DNA of 47,339 nt. Source: Bacteroidales bacterium. Lineage in GTDB: Bacteria > Bacteroidota > Bacteroidia > Bacteroidales > Bacteroidaceae. Below the pieces are notes generated by a model. The model had not been told where the DNA came from. It did no database searches and saw nothing but the letters and a program-made list of their open reading frames with translations. The position numbers were made by a program, and so were the translations under genes. Location: positions 1-47,339 of the forward strand of contig JALFTM010000132.1 of the NCBI GenBank assembly GCA_022788345.1, read 5' to 3'. Shown piece after piece: positions 1-8,397 of the stretch (position 1 is its first letter; every line of letters begins with the position of its first letter).

Positions 1-151
1 TTGAAACGCACCCAGTAGTCATTCTCTGGGTGTTTATTCTCAAAGCTTTCTAAGACCTCTGGTGCATAAGTGCTTTTGTATTCAGTCTTTGCTCCCAAGG
101 CTTGCAAGTTTTCATCTTCTCTAACGGCCATAAAATGATATACTAAATGTT

Positions 152-805
152 TTATTTCTTCGTTGCTAAATACTTCTTCAATCCCTCGCGACGCAAGTTA
201 CAAGCAGGACATTCGCCACAGCCATCACCAACAACGCCGTTATAGCAAGTCAGAGTTTGCTCGCGCACAAGTGACAACACTCCAAGTTTGTCGGCCAAAG
301 CCCAAGTTTCGCACTTATCGAGCCACATTAACGGTGTATGGATGCAAAACTCTTCATCCATTGCCAAGTTAAGAGTAACATTCAAACTCTTAATAAAAGC
401 ATCTCGGCAATCGGGATATCCCGAAAAGTCTGTTTGCGAAGTGCCTGTCACCAAATGACGAATACCTCTTTCTCGTGCAAACACTGCTGCTATGCTTAGG
501 AAAAAGAGGTTGCGACCTGGCACAAAAGTGTTAGGCAATCCTCCCTCTGGCTTCTCTTTGTCCATCTCTATGCTTTGATCGGTCAAAGAATTGCGCCCTA
601 AAGTGCCAATAAAAGAGACATCCATCAAATAAAACTCTACATTTGCTTGTTCGGCAATCTTCTGTGCTTGTTGCACTTCCAAAGCATGCTTTTGTCCATA
701 CACAAAAGTGAGAGCAATGACCTTATCAAAGTTTTGTTTGGCCCAATAAAGACAAGTGGTAGAGTCTTGTCCACCACTAAATACAACGAGTGCAATACGT
801 TCCAT
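152..805 (-). CDS. queC: 7-cyano-7-deazaguanine (preQ0) synthase
   Basis: PP-loop SGGQDS, TFVPGRN, SGYPDCR and C-terminal Zn motif CYNG...CGECPAC. Confidence 0.96.
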   Translation of the reverse strand: MERIALVVFSGGQDSTTCLYWAKQNFDKVIALTFVYGQKHALEVQQAQKIAEQANVEFYLMDVSFIGTLGRNSLTDQSIEMDKEKPEGGLPNTFVPGRNLFFLSIAAVFARERGIRHLVTGTSQTDFSGYPDCRDAFIKSLNVTLNLAMDEEFCIHTPLMWLDKCETWALADKLGVLSLVREQTLTCYNGVVGDGCGECPACNLRREGLKKYLATKK

Positions 806-811
806 AAGTAT

Positions 812-1474
812 CTATTCAGGAATAAATTCCACATCTGTGGAATCGGCAAAACGTTTGGCGTAATTGACAACTTGGATAGTTACAGGCAAAGCAATAACCT
901 CATAGCCTGTTTTCAGAAAGACTTGCCAGAGCATGATCTGCCACAAGGCATCCCAAGGTACAACACCCCCCAACGCTAAAGGGAAAAAGAGGATAGAATC
1001 TGCTGTTTCACCAGCCACAGTAGAAAGGATGGCACGCGCCGAAAAGCCTTTCCCTTCCTTTGTATGTGCCTTCATGTAATCCATGACATAGGCATTGATG
1101 AATGAACCCACCAAGAAAGCGAGAAAGGAAGCGACTGCAATACGTGGAGCCACACCAAAAACAGTATGGAAACCCTCTTCGCCTGTCCAATAAGGCGCAC
1201 CAGGCAACCAGTCGGCCAATGCTCCCATACTCACAAAGAAGAAGTTCATTGCAAAGCCCAACCAAATGACTATTCTCGTTTTAGAGAAGCCCCACACTTC
1301 GACCAAACAGTCGTTGATGATATAAGAAATTGGAAAAACAATTAGGCCTGCTGTTATCTCTAACGGACCTAAAGAGATTTGTTTACTTTCAAACAAATTT
1401 GCTGCGATAAGACACACGCAAAAAAGTACTCCCATTACCATAAAAGGGAGGCTGACATTTACTTGTTTTTTCAT
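812..1474 (-). CDS. yhhQ: Queuosine precursor (preQ0/preQ1) transporter, YhhQ/VUT family
   Basis: Multi-TM protein with FPISYIINDCLVEVWG and RAILSTVAGETADS motifs; 6 nt upstream of queC. Confidence 0.9.
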   Translation of the reverse strand: MKKQVNVSLPFMVMGVLFCVCLIAANLFESKQISLGPLEITAGLIVFPISYIINDCLVEVWGFSKTRIVIWLGFAMNFFFVSMGALADWLPGAPYWTGEEGFHTVFGVAPRIAVASFLAFLVGSFINAYVMDYMKAHTKEGKGFSARAILSTVAGETADSILFFPLALGGVVPWDALWQIMLWQVFLKTGYEVIALPVTIQVVNYAKRFADSTDVEFIPE

Positions 1475-1477
1475 ACA

Positions 1478-1509
1478 TCTTGTTTTTTACGAGGTTTGCC
1501 AAGCACTCG
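1478..1509 (-). promoter_or_regulatory. Candidate preQ1 class I riboswitch aptamer
   Basis: Minus strand CGAG-UGCUUGGCAAAC-CUCG-UAAAAAACAAGA. P1 stem, loop starting with U and ending in C, A-rich tail, and loop CUUG complementary to tail CAAG (pseudoknot). Lies directly before yhhQ-queC. Confidence 0.75.
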
Positions 1510-1556
1510 GCCCGAAAGCGAATTAAAAATAGAATTGTTAGAGTTTAGAATATAAT

Positions 1557-1799
1557 TTATACTTGTGGATTTTCCAAAGCCTCTTTTATGACAAACAGCC
1601 ATTTAACTTGACCTGCAAAAACAGGGTTCGCATAATGCTTTTGGGCAATGCTCAAAAGTCCTTCAATAGCCGCAGGCAAATCTTTGAACGATGTCGCAGG
1701 AAGTTCCAATGTTGCAGGGATTTCATCGCTATGCGCTTCAAACCATTTGCGAATGTTGGCTATATCCTCAGCTGTATAATTAAGAGTAAATTTTGCCAT
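1557..1799 (-). CDS. Small hypothetical protein (resembles DUF6965-type Bacteroidota proteins)
   Basis: 80-aa ORF from ATG 1799 (MAKF...). The longer TTG start overlaps the promoter box. Family call from memory only. Confidence 0.6.
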   Translation of the reverse strand: MAKFTLNYTAEDIANIRKWFEAHSDEIPATLELPATSFKDLPAAIEGLLSIAQKHYANPVFAGQVKWLFVIKEALENPQV

Positions 1800-1808
1800 A
1801 ATTGATTG

Positions 1809-1816
1809 CAAAGTTA
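1809..1816 (-). promoter_or_regulatory. Bacteroidota sigma-A -7 box TAACTTTG
   Basis: Exact TAnnTTTG, 9 nt upstream of ATG 1799. Confidence 0.6.
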
Positions 1817-1818
1817 CG

Positions 1819-2769
1819 CTATTTTACCGAAAGGAACAACCGGCACAAGAGATAATAAATGCGCCAAGTGCCTCTACCACCACACCTATCATATTGATAA
1901 ATGCTTCTAAATAGGCCTTTTATCAGTGGATTTGAAAACCATTTCAACGTTGCTTCCGAGAGAGAGTTTGCCAATTCTTTCTCTCCTTGTCGATGCGCAA
2001 TTCCACACAAAAGGAGTGCTTTTGCTTTGACTGCACTCAACAAGGCATGGCGTTCGCTTTTATGCCTACCGCTCCTCAAGAGTTGTTCCTCGACTTCCAA
2101 TAATGCTTTCTGATAAAAAGGAAGCACTTGTCCCAAAGGAGCACCCGTTTGACTCTCCTTGTGTTGATAGATGCGATGATAGGCCGTAGCTGGCAACCAA
2201 TTAACCACTGGATGATGGAGCAGCAGGCGTACTCCCAATTCCCAATCATCCCATTGCCTTAAGTTTTCATTCCATCCACCGAAGTTCTCCCAGAAGTCAC
2301 GCTTTATCAAATAGCTTTGCGTTGAAAAGCTCCCCGCCAATAAATGGCCTAAGAGTAAATGTCCTCTTGGCATGGCTCGCTTCTTTGTTGAGCCATCGGG
2401 GAAGATCATCAAAGTTGGAGCACTAAGTAAATCGGCTGTTCCGATAAGAGGTTGTGCATCATGCAAGAAATGTGGGTCGAACTCATCGTCACTATCAAAA
2501 AAGTAAAGATACTGTCCTTTTGCGGCAGAAGCCCCTAAATTGCGTGCCGAGCTGGCTGATGGCTTCTCCTGTGAGAGCACTTGAACAGAAAGACCTTTCA
2601 GCAACTGCTCTCTCTGAAAGTCGCGACAGAGGTGTAAGGAATTGTCTATTGAACCATTATCAACCAACAATACTTCAACGCCTTCCGCATCAATCTGCGA
2701 GAGGGAAGCAAAAAGACGTGGCAAGTAATTGGCACGATTTAATATGGGAATAATGATGGAAAAAAGCAT
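1819..2769 (-). CDS. Glycosyltransferase family 2
   Basis: FSIIIP..., VDNGS.D, SARNLG, FFDSDD and WDDWEL GT-A motifs. Confidence 0.92.
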   Translation of the reverse strand: MLFSIIIPILNRANYLPRLFASLSQIDAEGVEVLLVDNGSIDNSLHLCRDFQREQLLKGLSVQVLSQEKPSASSARNLGASAAKGQYLYFFDSDDEFDPHFLHDAQPLIGTADLLSAPTLMIFPDGSTKKRAMPRGHLLLGHLLAGSFSTQSYLIKRDFWENFGGWNENLRQWDDWELGVRLLLHHPVVNWLPATAYHRIYQHKESQTGAPLGQVLPFYQKALLEVEEQLLRSGRHKSERHALLSAVKAKALLLCGIAHRQGEKELANSLSEATLKWFSNPLIKGLFRSIYQYDRCGGRGTWRIYYLLCRLFLSVK

Positions 2770-2793
2770 AGTCTCTTTTCTTTGTCCAAGACA

Positions 2794-3603
2794 TCAGACA
2801 TAGAAGTAGCCTTTAAGATAATTTTTGAACACCACAAACGATTGCTTCTTCAATGGAACAAAAGCCGCTTTTACGAGTCGGAGCAAACCGCCACAATGTC
2901 CATAAATCTTTTTAAGCACTGCGCCTTTTGTATATTGCATCCGAATAGCGTATTCGGACTTTTGCGATGTTGTTATCACATTCGTCGTTGCCCCAATCAT
3001 CAGAGGGAAATAAAACACTTGGCGACCTTGTCGGAAACAATCTTCAATAAAAATTTCTTCCTCACCTGCACAGAAAAAAGGTGCACCCAATCCGAAGCGC
3101 ACATCGAAGTGGGGATAAGGTCTATTGGCTCGCAAAGCAATTTCTCCAGAAGAGACATAATAGCCTTTGGGGCGGTCGGGATAGAAAAAGGACGTTATAG
3201 GATATTCTTTGAGTGGTTCTCCTTGTAAGCTCTTCATCTGACAGCAAAGGATGTCAGCTATGGGATAGTGCTCGAAAGTGGCCATCAAAGCGTGTAATTG
3301 TTCGGGCGTGTAGCGCATGTCATCATCGGCTATGAGTGCAAACTCCGTAGTGTTGTTCCAAAGGTATAATGCCTCATTTCTGCTATTAGATAGCCCTAAA
3401 CTTGTGCTATAGAAAAGATGTACATCTTGTTGCCGTGTTTTCAAATTTTGCTCTGCCCACAAAGAATGCTCCGATTGCTTATAGCTGGGACGACGTTGCC
3501 ATACTACAATATATTGCCATGCTTCACAGAATGGCAACATATTCTCTACAACGGTACAAATACCCTCGTCAATAGTAGATATGAGTATTGAAAGTCGTGG
3601 CAT
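2794..3603 (-). CDS. Glycosyltransferase family 2-like
   Basis: GLSNSRN, IADDD, FDVRFGLG, GEEEIF. Confidence 0.85.
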   Translation of the reverse strand: MPRLSILISTIDEGICTVVENMLPFCEAWQYIVVWQRRPSYKQSEHSLWAEQNLKTRQQDVHLFYSTSLGLSNSRNEALYLWNNTTEFALIADDDMRYTPEQLHALMATFEHYPIADILCCQMKSLQGEPLKEYPITSFFYPDRPKGYYVSSGEIALRANRPYPHFDVRFGLGAPFFCAGEEEIFIEDCFRQGRQVFYFPLMIGATTNVITTSQKSEYAIRMQYTKGAVLKKIYGHCGGLLRLVKAAFVPLKKQSFVVFKNYLKGYFYV

Positions 3604-3626
3604 TTCAACCCTACTTTTGCTATGCG

Positions 3627-4433
3627 TTACTGGGTGCGTTCCATAAATCGGATGCCTTCAGCCAAGTGGCGCATGAAAGGAACAAAGTGGCAATATCCTT
3701 TACAAGCACTGGTAATGGCAAACTTAAAGCAATGCCACCACGCTTTCTTTCCATAGTTATAATAAGAAATTGCCCCATAACTACGCTGGACACCAGCCTC
3801 CACATAAAGTAAAGCTCGCTTTAGCATCATGCTTGTCTCCACGATTTTTGTAGGGAAATAAGCTATACTTAACCCTGCTTGCAACGCATCTTTGAACCAA
3901 ATTTCCTCTTCGCCACAAGTCAAGAACTTTGTTCCTAAGCCAAAGCGCTCATCAAAGTGAATAGTGTCCTGTACTTTATCACGACGAAATACCATTTCTA
4001 TCGTAGACACATTATACTCCTTTGGGACAGTCGTTAGTGGAGAAAAAGTCGAGGGATAGTCTTTCAACATCTTCCCCGTGTAGGTGCTTGCTTGGAAACA
4101 TGCAATGTCCAGTTCTGGATGCTTCTCAAACGTAGAAAAAGCTACCTCGAACGTATTGTCCAAAAGTCTGGAATCATCATCGGCATACATAACTAAATCT
4201 GCCGTTGCTTGCGCTAAGGCTAAATTGCGGTTTGCCGACAATCCTTTTCCCGGATATTTATGAAATGCAACATCCTCACGCGAAAGCAAGTCTTGGGGAA
4301 TAAGTTCCAAGTATCTTTCATCGGAGTATTGGTACGACACCACATAGCGCACATCCTTGTGGGGCGGTAAGAAAATGTCGCTAATGCGGACAATCCCCTT
4401 ATCGTGTGAGCAAATTAAAACATCGAGTGTCAT
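3627..4433 (-). CDS. Glycosyltransferase family 2-like
   Basis: GLSANRN, YADDD, FDERFGLG, GEEEIW; 4-nt overlap with the upstream gene. Confidence 0.87.
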   Translation of the reverse strand: MTLDVLICSHDKGIVRISDIFLPPHKDVRYVVSYQYSDERYLELIPQDLLSREDVAFHKYPGKGLSANRNLALAQATADLVMYADDDSRLLDNTFEVAFSTFEKHPELDIACFQASTYTGKMLKDYPSTFSPLTTVPKEYNVSTIEMVFRRDKVQDTIHFDERFGLGTKFLTCGEEEIWFKDALQAGLSIAYFPTKIVETSMMLKRALLYVEAGVQRSYGAISYYNYGKKAWWHCFKFAITSACKGYCHFVPFMRHLAEGIRFMERTQ

Positions 4434-5533
4434 CTTGGATAGTTATTGATTGTTTCAACAATATAAGTGACTTCTTCCTCTTTCAGCAGAGGATGGAGCG
4501 GCAAACTCAAGCAAGAGTGAGCCAAGCGTTCAGCCATAGGAAATTCTAAATGTTTATAGTCTCGGAAGCTGTCTTGCTCATGAACGGCCAAAGGATAGTG
4601 GATCAATGTCTGAATGCCTTTATCCTGCAAGTAGGATTGCCACGTTTCTCTCTTGTCCACAAAGATAGGAAAAATATGGTAAACGCTTTGCGTACGTACA
4701 CTCTCATGCAATTGTTGCACTTCCAGATGATTGATTTCAGCAAGATAACGTTTAGCAATACTTTGCCGAATACGGTTGTCTGCATCAAGCTGACGTAATT
4801 TTATTCGAAGCACTGCGGCCTGAATTTCATCCATTCGCATATTATGCCCCGGCAAACAATGACGGTACTTTTCGGCCGAACCATAGTTCGCCAAAGTGCG
4901 AATGCGCTCTGCCAAGGCTGTATGATTGGTAACAACAGCACCCGCATCGCCCAATGCACCGAGATTTTTTCCGGGATAAAAGCTAAAAGCGGTTGCAACT
5001 CCCCAACCGCCAGCTTTTCGCCCTTGATAGCTTGCCCCATGGGCTTGTGCAGCATCTTCGACAAGGAGTAAGTTTGCTGCTTCGGCAATTCTCTGCAAAG
5101 CAGGCATCTCGCACATCGTGCCATAAAGATGCACTGGCAAGATAGCTCGAGTGCAAGAAGAAATACAAGCAGGAATAGCATTTACATCCAACAATCCTTC
5201 TGAAGTCACCTCGCAGAACACAGGCTTCAGCCCTGCCAGTCTCACTGCCTCCACAGATGCGACGAAGGTGAAAGCGGGCACTATCACTTCATCGCCATCT
5301 CTCCAGCCATAGAATTGCTTCAAGGCTTCTAAAATGAGTGTCAAAGCATCTAAACCATTACTTACAGGAATACAATGTTCCACGCCGATGTAATGTGCAA
5401 ATTCTGTGGCAAACTTTATATTTTCTTCGCCTTGCAGATATCTTCCTGATGCCAACACGCGTTGAAACGCATCTTCAAGATCATCATTAAATCGCTGGTT
5501 AATAGATTGTAAATCTAAATAAGGGATATTCAT
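4430..5533 (-). CDS. DegT/DnrJ/EryC1/StrS PLP-dependent nucleotide-sugar aminotransferase (FdtB-like)
   Basis: EDAAQAHGA, SFYPGKNLGALGDAG (PLP lysine), MDEIQAA; likely start MNIPYLDL at 5533. Confidence 0.93.
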   Translation of the reverse strand: MNIPYLDLQSINQRFNDDLEDAFQRVLASGRYLQGEENIKFATEFAHYIGVEHCIPVSNGLDALTLILEALKQFYGWRDGDEVIVPAFTFVASVEAVRLAGLKPVFCEVTSEGLLDVNAIPACISSCTRAILPVHLYGTMCEMPALQRIAEAANLLLVEDAAQAHGASYQGRKAGGWGVATAFSFYPGKNLGALGDAGAVVTNHTALAERIRTLANYGSAEKYRHCLPGHNMRMDEIQAAVLRIKLRQLDADNRIRQSIAKRYLAEINHLEVQQLHESVRTQSVYHIFPIFVDKRETWQSYLQDKGIQTLIHYPLAVHEQDSFRDYKHLEFPMAERLAHSCLSLPLHPLLKEEEVTYIVETINNYPR

Positions 5534-5586
5534 GTTATCTGTGTATAGAACTAAGACACGAAAATTATTGCACATACTTGCTTAAG

Positions 5587-5594
5587 CAAAGGTA
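5587..5594 (-). promoter_or_regulatory. -7 box TACCTTTG for the aminotransferase-GT operon
   Basis: Exact TAnnTTTG upstream of ATG 5533. Confidence 0.6.
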
Positions 5595-5624
5595 ACGAAA
5601 ATTTGAAAAGCGTGTCACTGTTCT

Positions 5625-5671
5625 ATAAAGAAATTGCGAGTTGAGCAACTATAAGCAACTCAACTCGCAAT
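5625..5671 (-). terminator. Intrinsic terminator of rubredoxin
   Basis: Perfect 13-bp stem ATTGCGAGTTGAG (5633-5645) / CTCAACTCGCAAT (5659-5671), followed by a U-rich tail on the minus strand. Confidence 0.8.
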
Positions 5672-5677
5672 AAGAGA

Positions 5678-5842
5678 TTAGCCTTCGTAAGGTTGGAAAT
5701 CTTCTTTCGTTACACCGCAGAGAGGACAAGTCCAATCTTCAGGAATATCTTCGAAAGCTGTGCCGGGAACAATGCCGCTATCTGGATCGCCAACTTCTGG
5801 ATCATAAATGTAGTCGCAGACTACGCAAATGTACTTTTGCAT
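5678..5842 (-). CDS. Rubredoxin (54 aa, absent from the ORF track)
   Basis: Hand translation [54 protein letters not shown] with two CxxC knuckles. Confidence 0.97.
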   Translation of the reverse strand: MQKYICVVCDYIYDPEVGDPDSGIVPGTAFEDIPEDWTCPLCGVTKEDFQPYEG

Positions 5843-5923
5843 AATGGAGTATGAGTTATGTAAATAATGTTATGTATCACTGTACAAGGATTAGAATTGG
5901 AATTTCTCTCCTTTTTGTATCGG

Positions 5924-5931
5924 CAAAGATA
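5924..5931 (-). promoter_or_regulatory. -7 box TATCTTTG for rubredoxin
   Basis: Exact TAnnTTTG about 80 nt upstream of the ATG. Confidence 0.65.
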
Positions 5932-6023
5932 CTTCTTTTTTCTTGTAATGCCACATCTTATTTCATTTTTTTGAGGCAAGATGCTCAAAAGAATTAAGAA
6001 ATTATCTCATGAGGGGCATAAAG

Positions 6024-6767
6024 TCAAATATCTTCGTTCCAAAATTGCCATGCTGCCTCGGCCTGTAAAACCAGCATATCATAGCCATTTTTCGTTTTTG
6101 CACCTTGTAAACGTCCTTTCTGCAAGAAGAGCGTTTCTTCGGGGTTATACACGAGATCGTATAAAAGATGTTGCTCAGTCAGTGCCTCATAAGGCAAATG
6201 GGGACAGGTGTCCACCTTGGGATAAGTACCTAAAGGTGTACAATTCACAATAAGACAACAGGTTTTCAGTAGTGTAGGTGTCACATCGTTGTAACTATAT
6301 TGCCCTTCTTTGGGTTGGCGACTCACCACATGTGTGGCAATACCCAATTTCTCTAAGGCATAGACTACTGCCTGCGAAGCACCACCTGTACCCAAAACAA
6401 GTGCGTGGGTGTGATGTGTCTCCAGTAAAGGCAAGAGTGAATTGGTAAAACCTATAACATCCGAATTGTAGCCTCGCAAAAAAAGTTGTCCACAGTGTCT
6501 TTCCACCTTCACCACATTCACAGCACCAATCGTTGCCGCTTCTTCGCTCACGGCATCGAGAAAAGGCATGACTGCTTTTTTGTGAGGTATCGTCACATTA
6601 AACCCCACGAGTTGAGTGTCTTCAATCCAATTGCGAAAATCTTCAATCGAGGAACGCTCATAGTTGTCGTAGCGCGCAACAATGTTTTCTGTCCTAAACT
6701 TCTGTGCAAAGTAAGCCGCAGAGAAAGAGTGTTCAAGGGGAAATCCTAAGAGTCCATAATGTTTCAT
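6024..6767 (-). CDS. aroE: Shikimate dehydrogenase
   Basis: HSFS, GFNVTIPHK, GAVNV, NSDVIGF, GTGGAS, DLVYNP, MLVLQAE. Confidence 0.95.
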   Translation of the reverse strand: MKHYGLLGFPLEHSFSAAYFAQKFRTENIVARYDNYERSSIEDFRNWIEDTQLVGFNVTIPHKKAVMPFLDAVSEEAATIGAVNVVKVERHCGQLFLRGYNSDVIGFTNSLLPLLETHHTHALVLGTGGASQAVVYALEKLGIATHVVSRQPKEGQYSYNDVTPTLLKTCCLIVNCTPLGTYPKVDTCPHLPYEALTEQHLLYDLVYNPEETLFLQKGRLQGAKTKNGYDMLVLQAEAAWQFWNEDI

Positions 6768-6870
6768 GAGAAAGCCGAAAATAAATGTACGTTCAACACG
6801 AACCTTTTCTCACCACTTACATGGCTCAAACAGCGTTTTGTTCGGCCTGCTCTTTGGGTTCAACAAAAGG

Positions 6871-7608
6871 TCATTTTCCTGCGGTGTACAAAGTACTAAG
6901 ACCAAATGTAAATCGCTTGAATTTAACATCTTTATATCCTACGTTTTGAAGCACTTGTTGCATTTCTTCTCCCTGCGGAAAAACTTCCATCGTAGCTGGC
7001 AAATAGGAGTAGGCTGCCCCGTCCTTAGATATTAGACGTCCTACTGTGGGCATTATCCATCGGGAATAAAGCCTAAAAAGTTGTTTCATTGGAAACCGTA
7101 TTGGCGTAGTCAGCTCAATGATCACCAAGCGACCGCCCGGACGCAACACCCGAAGCATCTCAGAAAGCCCTTGCTCCAAGTTTGAATAGTTGCGCACACC
7201 ATAGGCCACTGTCACTGCATCGAAACTATTGTCGGCAAACGAAAGTTGCAAGCAATCTTCTTTGGCAAAAGAAACGACATCGGACAAACCCGCTTCTTCG
7301 ACCTTGTGGCGCGCAACCGCCATCATACCCTCAGAGATGTCTGCACCAATGAGATGTTGTGGTTGCAATCGGCGAGCGCTTTCGATAGCGAAGTCGCCTG
7401 TCCCCGTTGCGATGTCGAGCATTTCTTTCGGAGCATAAGCACGAAGACTTTCAATAGCTTCTCTGCGCCAACGCTTATCAATACCCATAGAAAGAAGATG
7501 GTTGAGCAAGTCGTACCGTGCGGATATGTTATCGAACATACGCTCAACTTGTGCGGCCTTATCGCCCTCTGCATGATAGGGTTTTATCTTCTCTTGTTCG
7601 TAGTTCAT
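6871..7608 (-). CDS. menG: Demethylmenaquinone methyltransferase (UbiE/MenG)
   Basis: [29 protein letters not shown] motif, YGVRN, RVLRPGG. Confidence 0.95.
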   Translation of the reverse strand: MNYEQEKIKPYHAEGDKAAQVERMFDNISARYDLLNHLLSMGIDKRWRREAIESLRAYAPKEMLDIATGTGDFAIESARRLQPQHLIGADISEGMMAVARHKVEEAGLSDVVSFAKEDCLQLSFADNSFDAVTVAYGVRNYSNLEQGLSEMLRVLRPGGRLVIIELTTPIRFPMKQLFRLYSRWIMPTVGRLISKDGAAYSYLPATMEVFPQGEEMQQVLQNVGYKDVKFKRFTFGLSTLYTAGK

Positions 7609-7627
7609 ATTTTATTCTATTCCACAA

Positions 7628-7635
7628 CAAAGGTA
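7628..7635 (-). promoter_or_regulatory. -7 box TACCTTTG for menG-aroE
   Basis: Exact TAnnTTTG 19 nt upstream of the ATG. Confidence 0.65.
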
Positions 7636-7753
7636 CGCTTTTTTGTAGTATCAACAAATAAATACAACGGAAGACTTTTATCAGCATCTCCAATCAATAC
7701 GCTTTCTGCACCTATCGCCTGCCTGCTGTATTTTAGATTTAGCAACAACAGCG

Positions 7754-7838
7754 TTTGGAGAAAGCTTAACTTTACGCTATCTTTGTAGCAACAACCAAAG
7801 GATAAGTGTCGAAGAAAAGGCATTTATCCTCTTTTTTT
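7754..7838 (+). ncRNA. Candidate ~50-nt small RNA unit A (promoter followed directly by terminator)
   Basis: TTTG 7754-7757, 20-nt spacer, TATCTTTG 7778-7785, then 12-bp stem AGGAUAAGUGUC/GGCAUUUAUCCU (7799-7830) and U7. The G-U pairs form only on the + strand. Confidence 0.55.
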
Positions 7839-8344
7839 CGCCTAAAAAGGACTGCTCCGAATGGCGCAAGCTGTGTTTCTAAGCTCCGCAAGCAGAGGTA
7901 ACAACCCAGTAACTCGTTCTTCCTATCAGCTATGTATGGGATTTTTCATCAGCCAAGTAGCCTAAACTTTGTTGCTGAGCGTTAAATCTGATGTACTACA
8001 TTTTAGCATTTACAAGGTAAAAGCATTTGTTTTCTACCAGACGAATAGATGGAGTATTGCTACCACATCCCCCACCTTCCCTCTCTTTCCTGCTCTAAAC
8101 ACATGCCATCACTATCATAGCATCGCATGCTACAAGACCAAATCAAACTACTAAAAATCAACAACATACGCCCAAACAAACAGATTTATCTCTTTATTCC
8201 TAAAACCTTTTAGTTATTTTTTATCCCCTTTCTCCCCCTCTTTCTTCCCAAGAATTAAGATCGGGAATGGTACTTTCTTTGAGGTATGTGCTACGTTTAG
8301 TCAAAGCCAAAGCATTTTAGAGAGAATGCATTGAATTTATTTAG

Positions 8345-8352
8345 TATCTTTG
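8345..8352 (+). promoter_or_regulatory. -7 box TATCTTTG for the trmD operon
   Basis: Exact TAnnTTTG; 9-bp leader hairpin at 8364-8384. Confidence 0.65.
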
Positions 8353-8397
8353 CAAAAGAGAATAGGATGTTGCGACAGCATCCTCAATAAGCCAAAT

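Noticed and set aside
9-32. CACCCAG/CTGGGTG hairpin at the window edge
   Set aside because: Only 7 bp with a 10-nt loop; may terminate a gene outside the window and cannot be assigned
8150-8170. AATCAACAACATA, resembling an IHF-type WATCAANNNNTTR site; loosely similar words near 33400 and 33945
   Set aside because: Imperfect matches in AT-rich DNA; not distinguishable from chance by eye
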